A stretch of 64,000 bases of DNA from Candidatus Methanarcanum hacksteinii (GCA_006954405.1 LVVQ01000001.1:557161-621160); one strand, 5' to 3'; counted from the stretch's first letter, positions 1-10,209 are shown. Numbers and translations: made by a program. The notes: generated by a model not told the origin, from the letters alone.

Positions 1-1020
1 ACCAGGAGCATAGAGCTCCAGATCATAGCATTTGGAGCATGAGAAGCTCATGTCTCCAGTGCAGAGGAGGAGCACTCTGTATGGGAGTCCAAGTCCTACG
101 ATGAGGTCCTCAGCATTCTTCCTGAGTTCCTCGAGTCTCGCATACGAATTCTCAGGGAGCACGAAATTGACCATCTCGGTCTTCCTGAACTCATGTACGC
201 GGATGATCCCTTTTGTATCCGCATGCTTACCTACTTCGCGCCTGTATGATGTGAGGTTCGCGGTGTAGTAGATCGGGAGCTGTTCCTTCTCTAGGATCTC
301 ATCCTGCAAGAGGTTCGTTATGGGGACCTCTGCTGTCGGGTTGAGGAACATATCGTCTCTCTCAAGGTAGTACATATCGTCCTTGAGGTTAGGATACTGT
401 CCCGTTCCGATGACAGCGGCCTTGTTTATGATACCGGGGACAACGAGTTCAGTATATCCCTGTTTCATGTGTGTGTCGAGGAAGTAGTTGATAAGGGCAC
501 GTTCGAGTCTCGCACCATCGCCCTTCATGACATAGAATCCGCTTCCGGAGATCTTCACTCCTCTCTCGAATTCGATTATGTCGAGATCCTCTGCGATCTC
601 CCAGTGCTCTTTGGGTTTGAATGTGAATTTCCTCTTCTCTCCAACTTCGTAAACGACCACGTTGTCATGTTCATCCTTTCCGATGGGTACGGACTCATGG
701 GGTATGTTGGGGATGTTGAGGATGCAATCGGACCTGATGACCTCGAGTTCTGACATCCTATCATCATTCGCCTTGATCTTGTCAGCGACTTCGCGCATCT
801 CCTTGATCTTCGAATCCTTCTCTTCGCCTTTGGCCATCTTGGAGATCTCCATCGAGACCTCGTTCCTCAATTTCCTAAGGCGGTTGTTCTCATCAGTGAG
901 GGATCTCCACTCTGAATCCGCATCGAGAAGCCTGTCTAGGATGGCATCGTCCTTGTTCCTGTTCTTCAGCATGGTCCTGATCTTCTCAGGGTCCTGTCTG
1001 ATTACGTTAATGTCCAACAT
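1..1020 (-). CDS. serS: Seryl-tRNA synthetase, N-terminal part (C-terminus lies beyond the window start)
   Basis: Minus-strand translation from ATG (rc of 1018-1020) reads MLDINVIRQDPEKIRTMLKNRNKDD, a coiled-coil arm, followed by class II motifs (VHEFRKTEMV). The frame stays open to position 1. It is absent from the ORF track because it runs off the window edge. Confidence 0.85.
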   Translation of the reverse strand, partial: MLDINVIRQDPEKIRTMLKNRNKDDAILDRLLDADSEWRSLTDENNRLRKLRNEVSMEISKMAKGEEKDSKIKEMREVADKIKANDDRMSELEVIRSDCILNIPNIPHESVPIGKDEHDNVVVYEVGEKRKFTFKPKEHWEIAEDLDIIEFERGVKISGSGFYVMKGDGARLERALINYFLDTHMKQGYTELVVPGIINKAAVIGTGQYPNLKDDMYYLERDDMFLNPTAEVPITNLLQDEILEKEQLPIYYTANLTSYRREVGKHADTKGIIRVHEFRKTEMVNFVLPENSYARLEELRKNAEDLIVGLGLPYRVLLLCTGDMSFSCSKCYDLELYAPG

Positions 1021-1030
1021 TCGGATCAAC

Positions 1031-1324
1031 TCAGAATTTCTTTTGGCAGAGAGAGGTCCAGGTTCTCTTATCGGTCAGGATGACGACACTTCCGCGAACG
1101 TCAACGACTATCGCACCTGTCGCTTCGGCTAGATCATCTGCTATATCCTTCGTCTCGCTCTCTGCATTAGCGAGAACTTTGACCTTGATGAGACGGTTCT
1201 TCTTGATCTGCATCTTGATCTCTTCGTAGAGGCTGTCCTTCAGACCATCCTTGCCGACATGTACGGTCGGTTCGATCTCCAGTGCTCTGCGCATGAGTTC
1301 CTTCTTTGCTTCTCTCTCCGTCAT
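1031..1324 (-). CDS. YhbY/CRS1 (CRM-domain) RNA-binding protein
   Basis: The ORF 1031..1369 contains MTEREAKKELMRRALEIEPTVHVGKDGL...IKVKV, typical of YhbY. The likely ATG at 1324 abuts the Rpp21 stop codon. Confidence 0.55.
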   Translation of the reverse strand: MTEREAKKELMRRALEIEPTVHVGKDGLKDSLYEEIKMQIKKNRLIKVKVLANAESETKDIADDLAEATGAIVVDVRGSVVILTDKRTWTSLCQKKF

Positions 1325-1641
1325 TCTCTTTGCTCCCTGGTGTATGGCATACGTTTGATGGTGCCGCATTTGAGACAGGTGATCTTCACTCTCCCGTCAC
1401 CGATCCTTACTCTGCAATCGGCTTCGATGCTCAATGGCATCCCGCAACCCTTGCAGAATCTGACATCGTCCGGGATAGGCGTGCGTGTCTTCTGTCCAAT
1501 GCGTCTTGCGATGGAAACATATCTTATCGCCCTCTCGTCATCACCGTTCTTCGCGGCATCCTTTGAGAGTTCGAACAGCTTCGACATCCTATCGCTCGCG
1601 ATCTCAGATGCGATTTTCGATGAGATGCGTCTCCTTGCCAT
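1321..1641 (-). CDS. rnp4: Ribonuclease P protein component 4 (Rpp21/Rpr2 zinc ribbon)
   Basis: 106 aa with a basic N-terminus, a CKGCGMPL...CLKCG zinc ribbon and the archaeal Rpr2 architecture. Confidence 0.7.
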   Translation of the reverse strand: MARRRISSKIASEIASDRMSKLFELSKDAAKNGDDERAIRYVSIARRIGQKTRTPIPDDVRFCKGCGMPLSIEADCRVRIGDGRVKITCLKCGTIKRMPYTREQRE

Positions 1642-1716
1642 CGTATGCCCCTAATGTAGTTCCCCACATATGAGCGCATATAAAAGTTTGTGCGCATGTG
1701 CGCAATACATAGAGGC

Positions 1717-2751
1717 TTATGCGACATGCGAGAGCAACGCGGATTTGACCTCCAATTCCTCCTCGCTCAATCCCTCATCATCCGATTCGGTGTATTGGGA
1801 CCAGAGGAACACGAAGTAGTCGTGGAAGGATTGTACAGCAGAATCCCAGCTGTCACTCGAACTCATGATGCCTAGGTCCTCGTTCGAGAGTATCCATTTG
1901 TTGTTCTTGAATGAGACCTTCGCCTCGACCGGCGTGGTGACAGAGACATCTCCGGTGGGGGAGATCAACCTGTGGAACTTTATGGATTCCACTTCGCACA
2001 TATCCTCGGCATTGTCTATTGAGATCAGGTCTCCATTGTCGGAGTATGTGAACGTACCTGCAACGACGACGATGCAATCCCCGATGAATTGTAAAGACCT
2101 CTCCAACTCATCCCTGTCCTTGAATGAGATTCTGGAATGGACATCCTTGCCTGTAGAGAAGATGTATCTCGGTCCTTTTCCGGATTTGGATTGTGACCTC
2201 TCCAGTATCCCTATGGTCGCACCATCGAATGACAATCCTCTTCTCTTGATGAACGTCGAGAGTTTTTCAACATCGACATATCCGAATCTCTTGAGCTCAT
2301 CGGTCGATCCGTATTCAAGATGGAAACCATCGGAATCGACAAGATCCTGGTGTAGTGCTACGATGTCATAGATGATGGCATTCCTGTAGAGTGCATCGGC
2401 GAAATTATCCTCCATCCAATAACTCCCAGTACCATTTCCCATGACATCCAATGTCTCTTCCATCTTAGCAATGGTGTCCTCTATGATGTCACCGAATCCC
2501 TTGGTCTCAGGATCATCCGTAGAAGCGTTGAACGACATTTCACCGTTGCCATCCATATATATCCTGAACTTCTCATCGAACTTCGGATTGACAAGTGTCT
2601 GTATGCGGAGTTCTCTGGATGTCAGATATTCTCCGATATGAGTAAATAGATCCTGGATGTCGATCATGATCTGTCCTGCCAATGCGACAGGTACTCTGCT
2701 GTCATCTTTATCGGAGACGATGTTAACGGTGAAATTTACCATCTTGTGCAC
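1717..2751 (-). CDS. Hypothetical protein (344 aa, acidic, no recognisable domain)
   Basis: Long uninterrupted ORF with coding-like composition. No motif was recognised by eye. Confidence 0.4.
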   Translation of the reverse strand: MHKMVNFTVNIVSDKDDSRVPVALAGQIMIDIQDLFTHIGEYLTSRELRIQTLVNPKFDEKFRIYMDGNGEMSFNASTDDPETKGFGDIIEDTIAKMEETLDVMGNGTGSYWMEDNFADALYRNAIIYDIVALHQDLVDSDGFHLEYGSTDELKRFGYVDVEKLSTFIKRRGLSFDGATIGILERSQSKSGKGPRYIFSTGKDVHSRISFKDRDELERSLQFIGDCIVVVAGTFTYSDNGDLISIDNAEDMCEVESIKFHRLISPTGDVSVTTPVEAKVSFKNNKWILSNEDLGIMSSSDSWDSAVQSFHDYFVFLWSQYTESDDEGLSEEELEVKSALLSHVA

Positions 2752-2923
2752 CCTTTATGGATAAGGTTATGCAGACAACATTAAAGATAATTCGCATCAA
2801 TACCTCTGAAAAATAGGAAAGTCTTATATTGGTCGCTATTATCAAGAGGGAAGGATAGACAATATCGTTAAATACAGAATGACGATTGTCAGCCCTACTC
2901 ACTAACGATAATTGGTGGTGCAA

Positions 2924-3442
2924 ATGGCAAGAAAGCCCGCAGTAATGTACAGAGAAATCAAAGGAATGGCATACACCCGCAGAGAATACATGGGTGGTGT
3001 TCCTAACAGCAGGATCAGTCAGTTCGACATGGGAAACCTCAAAGACGAGTTCCCGATCACACTCACACTCAAATGCAAGAACCGTGTCCAGATCAGGCAC
3101 ACATCCCTCGAGGCAGGGCGTATCGCAGCCAACAGGGTCCTGACAAAGGATGCAGGTGTCGCAAACTATCACCTTAAACTCAGAGCATACCCCCACGTTG
3201 TCCTCAGGGAGAACAAACTTGCTACCGGCGCAGGAGCTGACCGTGTTTCAAGTGGTATGCGTTTAGCCTTCGGAAAGAATGTCGGTACTGCAGCAAGACT
3301 TGAATGCAACCAAGCAATCATGACTGTAAGCTGCACACCCGCAGCATTCAACACAGCAAAACTCGCACTTTGGAAAGCATCGATGAAGTACCCCACACCG
3401 TGCTACATCGATGTTGAGAAAGGTAAAGAGTTCGTCAACTGA
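2924..3442 (+). CDS. rpl10e: 50S ribosomal protein L10e (uL16)
   Basis: MARKPAVMYREIKGMAYTRREYMGGVP...AFGK. A GGTGGTG ribosome-binding site lies just upstream of the ATG at 2924. Confidence 0.85.
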   Translation: MARKPAVMYREIKGMAYTRREYMGGVPNSRISQFDMGNLKDEFPITLTLKCKNRVQIRHTSLEAGRIAANRVLTKDAGVANYHLKLRAYPHVVLRENKLATGAGADRVSSGMRLAFGKNVGTAARLECNQAIMTVSCTPAAFNTAKLALWKASMKYPTPCYIDVEKGKEFVN

Positions 3443-4431
3443 TGTTCGACCTGAAACTCAGTGATATTACTGCGTGGATCAGCGACAGAGGATATTCCTC
3501 TGTCGCACTCCAGTTGCCAGAAGGATTGAAGATAAGGGCAACTGAGATAATCGATTTTCTATCTGATAATACAGATTGTAGTTTTGTGATCCTGGGGGAT
3601 CCGTGTTATGGTGCATGTGACCTGTACGTGGATTACAAGGATGTCGCGGATGCATTGGTCCATTTTGGACATTCCCCGATACCTTCCCAAGGAGATGATG
3701 GCGATGTGTTCTATGTCGAATCGTTCTTCGATACCGACATAAGGGAGCACGTGAAGAATATCCTTGATGAATTGCCTGAGAAGGTCGGATTGTTGGCTAC
3801 GGTCCAATACGTTGGATGCATAAATCAGGCAAAGGAAGTCATAGAATCGAGCGGAAGGAAGGTATCCGTCGGTATCGGTGACAAGAGGATAATGTATCCT
3901 GGTCAGATCCTCGGTTGTAATTGTTCAGCCGCAGAGTCTGTGGCGAATGATGTTGATATGTTCCTATTCATCGGAGAAGGTGATTTCCATCCATTGGCGA
4001 CCGCTTTTGGTGTAGGGGCGCCTATGCGCGTACTCAATCCGATAACAGGTGAATTCAGATCCGTGGATGAGGTCAGGGACAGGATCCTTAGGAAGAGATT
4101 CGCAGCCATACAAAGAGCAGTGCCTGCTGAAAGCTATCTTGTCATCGTTTGTAGCAAGATCGGTCAGGAGAGGAATGCTCTTGCTGACGATATCATCAAT
4201 AAGATAAGATCGTCCAGGAAGAAGGCATACAAGGTATACATGAATGAGATCTCGCCACAAGGACTCATGGCATACAGAGTCGATGCATTCGTGAGCACTG
4301 CATGCCCTAGATTGGCCATGGATGATTATTCTAGATATGACAAACCAGTCCTTACGCCGATAGAGGCGGAGGTCGCATTGGGCATCCGCGAATGGGATGA
4401 TTATGTCTTCGATGCGATAAGGCCAGAGTAA
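3442..4431 (+). CDS. dph2: 2-(3-amino-3-carboxypropyl)histidine synthase Dph2 (diphthamide biosynthesis)
   Basis: 329 aa with conserved Cys residues in three-domain spacing (DPCYGACD, GCNCS, CSKIG). The ATG overlaps the L10e stop. Confidence 0.75.
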   Translation: MFDLKLSDITAWISDRGYSSVALQLPEGLKIRATEIIDFLSDNTDCSFVILGDPCYGACDLYVDYKDVADALVHFGHSPIPSQGDDGDVFYVESFFDTDIREHVKNILDELPEKVGLLATVQYVGCINQAKEVIESSGRKVSVGIGDKRIMYPGQILGCNCSAAESVANDVDMFLFIGEGDFHPLATAFGVGAPMRVLNPITGEFRSVDEVRDRILRKRFAAIQRAVPAESYLVIVCSKIGQERNALADDIINKIRSSRKKAYKVYMNEISPQGLMAYRVDAFVSTACPRLAMDDYSRYDKPVLTPIEAEVALGIREWDDYVFDAIRPE

Positions 4432-4460
4432 GAAGGACAGTATGTTTTGTTACGTCCGCA

Positions 4461-5243
4461 ATGGTTTATATCTTGAACGTGATGGGTGAGCAGATGTTCA
4501 CGACGCAATCCCTTTTCGACGGCCATATGCCATCTGGCGTAAGAATCGGCATCGGTAGCAGTGGAACGTCTGACAAGATATATGAGAGCACGAAGGAGTT
4601 CGGCGACTCTGTCACGGTCTACACGGATCCAGGACGTATGATAGACGACCTCTACGAAGGAAGGATCGATGCTGCAATACGCGGCGACATATCTTCATCC
4701 GAACTACTCCCGATCATCAAGAGAAGATTCGGTATCGATGAGTTGGAGAGGATAGTATTCCTTGAACCGATCGGAAGGAAGTTGATAATAACCGCTCCCG
4801 TAGGCATAGATGAGGGGTGGACGATCCAACAGAAACATGATCTCGTCACCCGGTCAGTGAGATTGATGGAACGTATCGGCATGGGTACGAGGATAGCGAT
4901 CATGTCTGGCGGGAGAAAGGACGATATCGGGCGCTGTAAGGCCGTGGACGATACGATAAGGGACGCATTGGAATTGGTGGACATCCTTGTGAAAGAAGGT
5001 TATGATGCATATCATTCAGAGATCCTTCTGGAGAACGCGGTCGACGAAGCGGATCTGATCATCGCACCCGACGGGATATCAGGCAATCTTCTGTTCAGAT
5101 CGATGCATTTCATCGGAGGAGCTTTGGCGCTTGGTGCACCTGTCATCAATATCGACAAGGTGTACATAGACACATCTCGTGCCAAAAAAGATTATAGAGA
5201 TTCAATAATGCTAGCAATGAGGTTGACGGAGGGAAAAAGATGA
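4461..5243 (+). CDS. Phosphotransacetylase-like protein (possibly methanogen marker protein 4 family)
   Basis: 260 aa with a PTA/PTB-like C-terminus (GNLLFRSMHFIGGALALGAPVIN). Family assignment is by recollection only. Confidence 0.4.
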   Translation: MVYILNVMGEQMFTTQSLFDGHMPSGVRIGIGSSGTSDKIYESTKEFGDSVTVYTDPGRMIDDLYEGRIDAAIRGDISSSELLPIIKRRFGIDELERIVFLEPIGRKLIITAPVGIDEGWTIQQKHDLVTRSVRLMERIGMGTRIAIMSGGRKDDIGRCKAVDDTIRDALELVDILVKEGYDAYHSEILLENAVDEADLIIAPDGISGNLLFRSMHFIGGALALGAPVINIDKVYIDTSRAKKDYRDSIMLAMRLTEGKR

Positions 5244-5713
5244 TGTTAGAGATAGACGGTGAGCATTCAGGAATAAGGTTTTCAGCATGTCATTTCATCC
5301 CAAGACATGAGAAGTGTTCTAGACTTCATGGACACTCATACATCCTTAGGCTCAGGGTCGATGGGGACATCGGAGAGAACGGTATGATCATGGATTTCGT
5401 ATCGTTGAAGAAGGAACTTAGGAAGTTCGTCGATGAATTTGATCACAGGACCCTCCTTCCAGGTAAATCAGACATCGTCAAGATAACGGATGATGATGAT
5501 TCCTACGATGTCATCTGCGATTCGAAGAGATACGTCTTCCCCAAATCGGATGTCGTCATATTGGATGTACCTACGACTACGGCCGAGGAGATGACCAAGA
5601 TGATGGTCAACAGGATGGTGAATGACATAGAATTCCCCAAGAATGTGCGCTCGATCTCCATAGGAATGGATGAGGAGAGGGGACAGACCGCTTGGTACAC
5701 GTTGGAGGTGTGA
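5240..5713 (+). CDS. queD: 6-carboxy-5,6,7,8-tetrahydropterin synthase QueD (PTPS family)
   Basis: CHFIPRHEKCSRLHGHSY motif; 157 aa. Confidence 0.8.
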   Translation: MMLEIDGEHSGIRFSACHFIPRHEKCSRLHGHSYILRLRVDGDIGENGMIMDFVSLKKELRKFVDEFDHRTLLPGKSDIVKITDDDDSYDVICDSKRYVFPKSDVVILDVPTTTAEEMTKMMVNRMVNDIEFPKNVRSISIGMDEERGQTAWYTLEV

Positions 5714-6387
5714 CCATTCCCAAAGCAGTCGTTCTTCTATCCGGCGGGTTGGATTCTACGACCTGCCTCGCTCAATCCATCGCTGATGGCAATGAGCCGA
5801 TAGCACTCAGTTTCAGATACGGTCAGAGACATACCAAGGAGCTCAAATCGGCGGCGAATGTTGCAGCATATTATGGTGTGAAGCACATAATCATCGATAT
5901 GGACCTCAGTATGTTCCATTCCGCACTCACAGATATGTCACTTGATGTTCCTGAGAACAGGGATGAGGATTCGATGGGATCGGACATTCCGATAACATAT
6001 GTGCCTGCGAGGAACATAATCATGCTGTCCGTGGCCGCCGGTGTTTGCGAATCATTCGGTGCGGATAAGATATACATCGGTGTGAACTCGGTGGATTATT
6101 CAGGTTATCCTGATTGTCGTCCGGAATTCATCAAAGCCTTCGAGGATGCCATCAACAAGGGTACGAAAGCAGGAGTGGAAGGCCATCCGATCAAGATCGT
6201 GACCCCGATCCAATATGCTTCAAAATCGGATATCGTGAAGTTAGGGAAGAAATTGGGCGCTCCTTTGCATCTCACGTGGTCATGCTACGAAGGCGGAGAG
6301 AAGGCTTGTGGTAAGTGTGATTCATGTCAACTCCGTCTGAAGGGATTCGCGGATGCAGGATACAAGGACGAGATAGAGTACGAGTGA
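5692..6387 (+). CDS. queC: 7-cyano-7-deazaguanine synthase QueC
   Basis: KAVVLLSGGLDS PP-loop and a C-terminal CxxC...C zinc site. Start is a TTG at 5692 with a GAGGAGAGG ribosome-binding site; a GTG at 5710 overlapping the queD stop is an alternative. Confidence 0.85.
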   Translation: MVHVGGVTIPKAVVLLSGGLDSTTCLAQSIADGNEPIALSFRYGQRHTKELKSAANVAAYYGVKHIIIDMDLSMFHSALTDMSLDVPENRDEDSMGSDIPITYVPARNIIMLSVAAGVCESFGADKIYIGVNSVDYSGYPDCRPEFIKAFEDAINKGTKAGVEGHPIKIVTPIQYASKSDIVKLGKKLGAPLHLTWSCYEGGEKACGKCDSCQLRLKGFADAGYKDEIEYE

Positions 6388-6392
6388 TACAG

Positions 6393-7016
6393 ATGATGAT
6401 TTCCGAGACGTTCAGATCGATCCAGGGAGAAGGTAAGAGGATTGGTGCCCTAACGTATTTCATAAGGACCGTCGGATGCAATCTCGACTGTTCATGGTGT
6501 GATACGCAATACGCGATGAATGGCGGAGGGGACTTATCGATCGAAGAACTGATCGATCTGGTGAGATCAGATGATGAGATCTGTCTTACAGGCGGAGAGC
6601 CATTATTGCATCGTGAATCAGCGATTCTCATAGAGAAGTTGACAGAGATGGGGAAGACCGTGGTCGTGGAGACCAACGGTTCCGTGGATCTCTCCAACAT
6701 GCCGAACAATGACAATGTGATCTACAGTATGGATATCAAATGCCCATCATCTCACATGGAGGATCGCATGATGTTCTCAAATATCGATCTTCTTCAAGCT
6801 AAGGATCAGGTCAAATTCGTCATCTCGGACGGGAATGATCTGGAGTATGCCATCTCGGTAGTCGAGAGATACAGCCCGAAGTGTGAAGTGATATTCTCTC
6901 CAGTGGGAGGGATGGATATCGAACCGCTCGCTGAGGAGATCATAGCGAGAAGATTGAAGGTAAGGGTCCTCCCCCAATTGCATAAGTTGATATGGGGAAA
7001 TAAGAAGGGTGTTTAA
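6393..7016 (+). CDS. queE: 7-carboxy-7-deazaguanine synthase QueE (radical SAM)
   Basis: MMISETFRSIQGEG...VGCNLDCSWCDT; ATG 6 nt after the queC stop. Confidence 0.8.
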   Translation: MMISETFRSIQGEGKRIGALTYFIRTVGCNLDCSWCDTQYAMNGGGDLSIEELIDLVRSDDEICLTGGEPLLHRESAILIEKLTEMGKTVVVETNGSVDLSNMPNNDNVIYSMDIKCPSSHMEDRMMFSNIDLLQAKDQVKFVISDGNDLEYAISVVERYSPKCEVIFSPVGGMDIEPLAEEIIARRLKVRVLPQLHKLIWGNKKGV

Positions 7017-7354
7017 GCGAACTTCCTGTCGCGTTCCACCCTTCTTTTGAATGCATTCATGCATTCTTCCACAGTGCCTTCCTCATCGAATGATACCTTG
7101 ATTCCGGCTTTGGTCAGTATGTCGTATCCGTGGGAACCGATCCCCCTAGTTATCACTGCATCCACGCCGATGCCAACGATCGCGTTGGCTACCTTCATAC
7201 CTGCGCCTTCCGCATCCATGAACTCATTCTTGACCACTTCGTAATCCAGTGTGTCATAATCCACGATAAGGAAGTATGGTGCGTGACCGAAGTCCTCAGA
7301 TACCTCTGATGACAGGTCATCGCCATCGGATAGCACGCCGACCTTCATATTCAT
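7013..7354 (-). CDS. NifX/NifB-C-like dinitrogenase FeMo-cofactor-binding domain protein
   Basis: 113 aa: KVGVLSDGDDLSSEVSEDFGHAPYFLIVDYDT... Confidence 0.6.
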   Translation of the reverse strand: MNMKVGVLSDGDDLSSEVSEDFGHAPYFLIVDYDTLDYEVVKNEFMDAEGAGMKVANAIVGIGVDAVITRGIGSHGYDILTKAGIKVSFDEEGTVEECMNAFKRRVERDRKFA

Positions 7355-8163
7355 TCCACTGTCTTTATGATCTTGTCCACGATCGTGTTGAATGCTTTCG
7401 CGGATTCGGACTCAGGTGCATCTATGACAATTGGCATGCCCGAATCTCCAGAATCCACGATCTTCGGTTCGATCGGGATCTTTCCAAGGAATTGTATGTT
7501 CATGTTCTTTGCGGTAGCCACTCCACCGCCTGATTTGAAGATCTCAGTGATCTCTCCGCAGTGAGGACATACGAATCCGCTCATGTTCTCAATCAATCCT
7601 ATGATCGGTATCTCTACCTGTGCTGAGAATGTCACTGTCTTCCTGCAATCCATGAGTGCAACATCCTGCGGTGTGGTGACAAGGACGATACCGTCCGCTT
7701 TCTTCATGAGTTGTGCGACAGAGATCGCTTCATCGCCCGTTCCTGGGGGCATATCGACGACAAGGTAGTCCAAGTCTCCCCATTTGACGTCCTCGATGAA
7801 TTGTCTGATGGCTGTTCCTTTCACAGGGCCTCTCCAAACGATTGCCGAGTCCTTGTTCGGAAGGAGGAATTCCATGGATATGACCTTCAATGATGGTGGT
7901 ACGAGGACAGGTATCAATGATTCATCCTGCACGTCGAGTTGCTCATACTCTACGCCGAACATCTTCGGGATGTTGGGGCCGGTGATATCGACATCCATTA
8001 TCCCTGTCTGATAGCCTTTCATGGACAGGGCCATAGCTATATTGGATGACACGGTACTCTTACCGACTCCTCCTTTTCCGCTCATGACGATGATTATGTG
8101 TTTGATCTTTCCAAGACTCTCTTGGAGTTTGAAGTCCTCAGCGTTGATCATTGGTTTGGGCAT
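7351..8163 (-). CDS. Mrp/NBP35 (ApbC) family Fe-S cluster carrier ATPase
   Basis: GKGGVGKST Walker A and a CPHCG motif. The track start at 8187 is TTG; the first ATG (MPKPMINAEDF) is at 8163. Confidence 0.8.
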   Translation of the reverse strand: MPKPMINAEDFKLQESLGKIKHIIIVMSGKGGVGKSTVSSNIAMALSMKGYQTGIMDVDITGPNIPKMFGVEYEQLDVQDESLIPVLVPPSLKVISMEFLLPNKDSAIVWRGPVKGTAIRQFIEDVKWGDLDYLVVDMPPGTGDEAISVAQLMKKADGIVLVTTPQDVALMDCRKTVTFSAQVEIPIIGLIENMSGFVCPHCGEITEIFKSGGGVATAKNMNIQFLGKIPIEPKIVDSGDSGMPIVIDAPESESAKAFNTIVDKIIKTVE

Positions 8164-8247
8164 GATATCAATCCTGTGAAGTTCCAATTAACTTCGTTAA
8201 TGCGGGTAATGGTGAACTCTTTATTAGCCGTTTGCTATATCTCACTC

Positions 8248-8637
8248 ATGCCACTGGGTGATCCGCATGGCGGGAATTTCATATACACCAACGAAGGCCT
8301 ACCTAACGGTATCGCGGCCATATCCATCCCTACGAAGAATGTCGATCGTTCAATCAGGTTCTACGTGGAATTATTGGGATTAAAATTGTTGTCACGCAGT
8401 GATGCTGTCGCGATCCTATCTGTCGGGAAGGATATCATCATCCTCAGGAAGTCGGATGTGGTCGGCGTGGATACAGGCCTTTACCTTAGCACCGAGAGTC
8501 CTTTCGATCTCCACAGGAGATTGATAGATGAGGGCGTGATATTCGTGATCGATCCGAAAAGAGTCGATATCGGATTGATAACAAGATTCAAGGACGATGA
8601 CGGGAACATCATCGGCGCTATAGAGATAAATCAATAA
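8248..8637 (+). CDS. VOC/glyoxalase-family protein
   Basis: IRFYVELLGLKLL...VIFVIDP...DDDGNIIG. Track ORF 8098.. overlaps the mrp start. The ATG at 8248 sits about 25 nt downstream of a TTTATTA box, so it is probably leaderless. Confidence 0.5.
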   Translation: MPLGDPHGGNFIYTNEGLPNGIAAISIPTKNVDRSIRFYVELLGLKLLSRSDAVAILSVGKDIIILRKSDVVGVDTGLYLSTESPFDLHRRLIDEGVIFVIDPKRVDIGLITRFKDDDGNIIGAIEINQ

Positions 8638-8673
8638 CAAAAATAAAGGAGGGGCTTGCGCCCCTTTAATGTT

Positions 8674-10209
8674 TCAATAGAATTTTCCAGCTGTCGCTTC
8701 ATCGAATTCTCTCTTGATTTCCTCGGTAGGCTCTTCGGTCATTCTGCTGACGATGACACCTACGATCAATGAGAGGATGAATGCTGGGAGAAGTTCGTAC
8801 AATCCGCTATCCCATACGAATGTCTGGATTCCGAACATGTTTCCGAACACTCCTCCCGATATGAACAGCGTGTTCCATAAGATGACTGTCAGGAATCCGA
8901 CGATCATGGATGCGAGTGCACCCTGTCTGTTCATGCGCTTCCAGAACAATGCAAGGACCATGACAGGTCCGAATGATGCACCGAATCCGGCCCAAGCGAA
9001 TGAGACGAGGCCCATGATGTTGTTGTTTCCGCTGAGTGCTATCAACACACCGATGACTGCGATGATGGCGACGCATATCCTGGACATCCACATCAGCCTG
9101 TTGTCCTCGATCTTCTTCTCTCCCTTCTTGTTGTAGAGATCGTTGGTTATCGCGGATGCAGCGACCAGTAATTGTGAATCGGCTGTACTCATTATAGCAG
9201 CCAAGATCGCAGCATAGAGGAATCCTGCGATGATCGGTGCACTGTTGCCGAAGAGGTTCGAGACCATCTGAATGAACACATTCTCTGCATCGAAACCTGC
9301 TGGGTTCCCGAGATATACGCGACCGATGACTGCGATGAATCCCACAGATGCGAGTGCAACGACGACCCAAAGTGTACCGATGCGGCGTGCGACCTTCACT
9401 TCCTCAGGGTTCTTAATCGCCATGTACCTGACAAGGATGTGAGGCATACCTACGTATCCAAGACCCCATGCAAGGCATGACAGCAATACGATGGCTGTTA
9501 TCGGTTCTCCGCCTGACCATAAGAGATTGGTACCGTTCTCGACCAAGGAATTGAATGTTGAGGATACTGTATCCCATCCGCCTCCGATCTCTCCGAGTGC
9601 TACCAACGGGACAACGACAACGGCGATGATCATCATTATCGATTGGATGAAGTCGGTCCAACAGACAGCCTTGAATCCGCCCGAAAATGTGTATAACACT
9701 ATGATGAATCCTGTGATGATGACAGCCAACTCATAACCTATCTCGCTGAACACGAGGTTGAAGAGTTTTCCGCCTGCAACGAATCCTGATGCGACATATA
9801 TCGTGAAGAAGAACAGGATGGCGACACCCGTCACGACCCTTATGTATCCCTTATCATCTCTGAAACGGTTGGAGAAGAACACAGGGACCGTAAGTGAATT
9901 GTTACATTTTTCCGAATATTTTCTTAGACGTTTGGCAACGAACAGCCATGCGAGGTAGGAACCTATCGCAAGGCCGATACCGATCCAGATCTGGCCCATT
10001 CCAAAAAGATAGATGGAACCGGGTAGACCCATGAGTAGCCATCCGCTCATGTCTGATGCTTGTGCGGACATCGCTGTCACGTATGGGTTCATATCCCTTC
10101 CGCCGAGAACATAATCGGACATGTTGTGGGTTTTGTTGTAGAAATAGAAGCCCACACCCAATACCACTATGAAGTAGATGATGAAGGCCAATAAGACAAG
10201 CATATCCAT
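8674..10209 (-). CDS. Sodium:solute symporter (SSS family, PutP-like)
   Basis: 511 aa, multi-TM, with an N-terminal YVLGGRDMNPYVTAMSAQASDMSGWLLMGLPG signature. Confidence 0.8.
   Translation of the reverse strand: MDMLVLLAFIIYFIVVLGVGFYFYNKTHNMSDYVLGGRDMNPYVTAMSAQASDMSGWLLMGLPGSIYLFGMGQIWIGIGLAIGSYLAWLFVAKRLRKYSEKCNNSLTVPVFFSNRFRDDKGYIRVVTGVAILFFFTIYVASGFVAGGKLFNLVFSEIGYELAVIITGFIIVLYTFSGGFKAVCWTDFIQSIMMIIAVVVVPLVALGEIGGGWDTVSSTFNSLVENGTNLLWSGGEPITAIVLLSCLAWGLGYVGMPHILVRYMAIKNPEEVKVARRIGTLWVVVALASVGFIAVIGRVYLGNPAGFDAENVFIQMVSNLFGNSAPIIAGFLYAAILAAIMSTADSQLLVAASAITNDLYNKKGEKKIEDNRLMWMSRICVAIIAVIGVLIALSGNNNIMGLVSFAWAGFGASFGPVMVLALFWKRMNRQGALASMIVGFLTVILWNTLFISGGVFGNMFGIQTFVWDSGLYELLPAFILSLIVGVIVSRMTEEPTEEIKREFDEATAGKFY

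Noticed and set aside
32-1132. Plus-strand ORFs 32..268, 469..753 and 662..1132 (and a minus ORF at 576..767).
   Set aside because: These are shadow ORFs inside the minus-strand serS coding region. The serS frame is continuous to the window edge and carries clear class II aaRS motifs.
8098-8247. 5' extension of the VOC-family ORF that overlaps the mrp start.
   Set aside because: It would put two genes head-to-head with overlapping starts. A TATA-like TTTATTA at 8218 fits a leaderless start at ATG 8248 instead.
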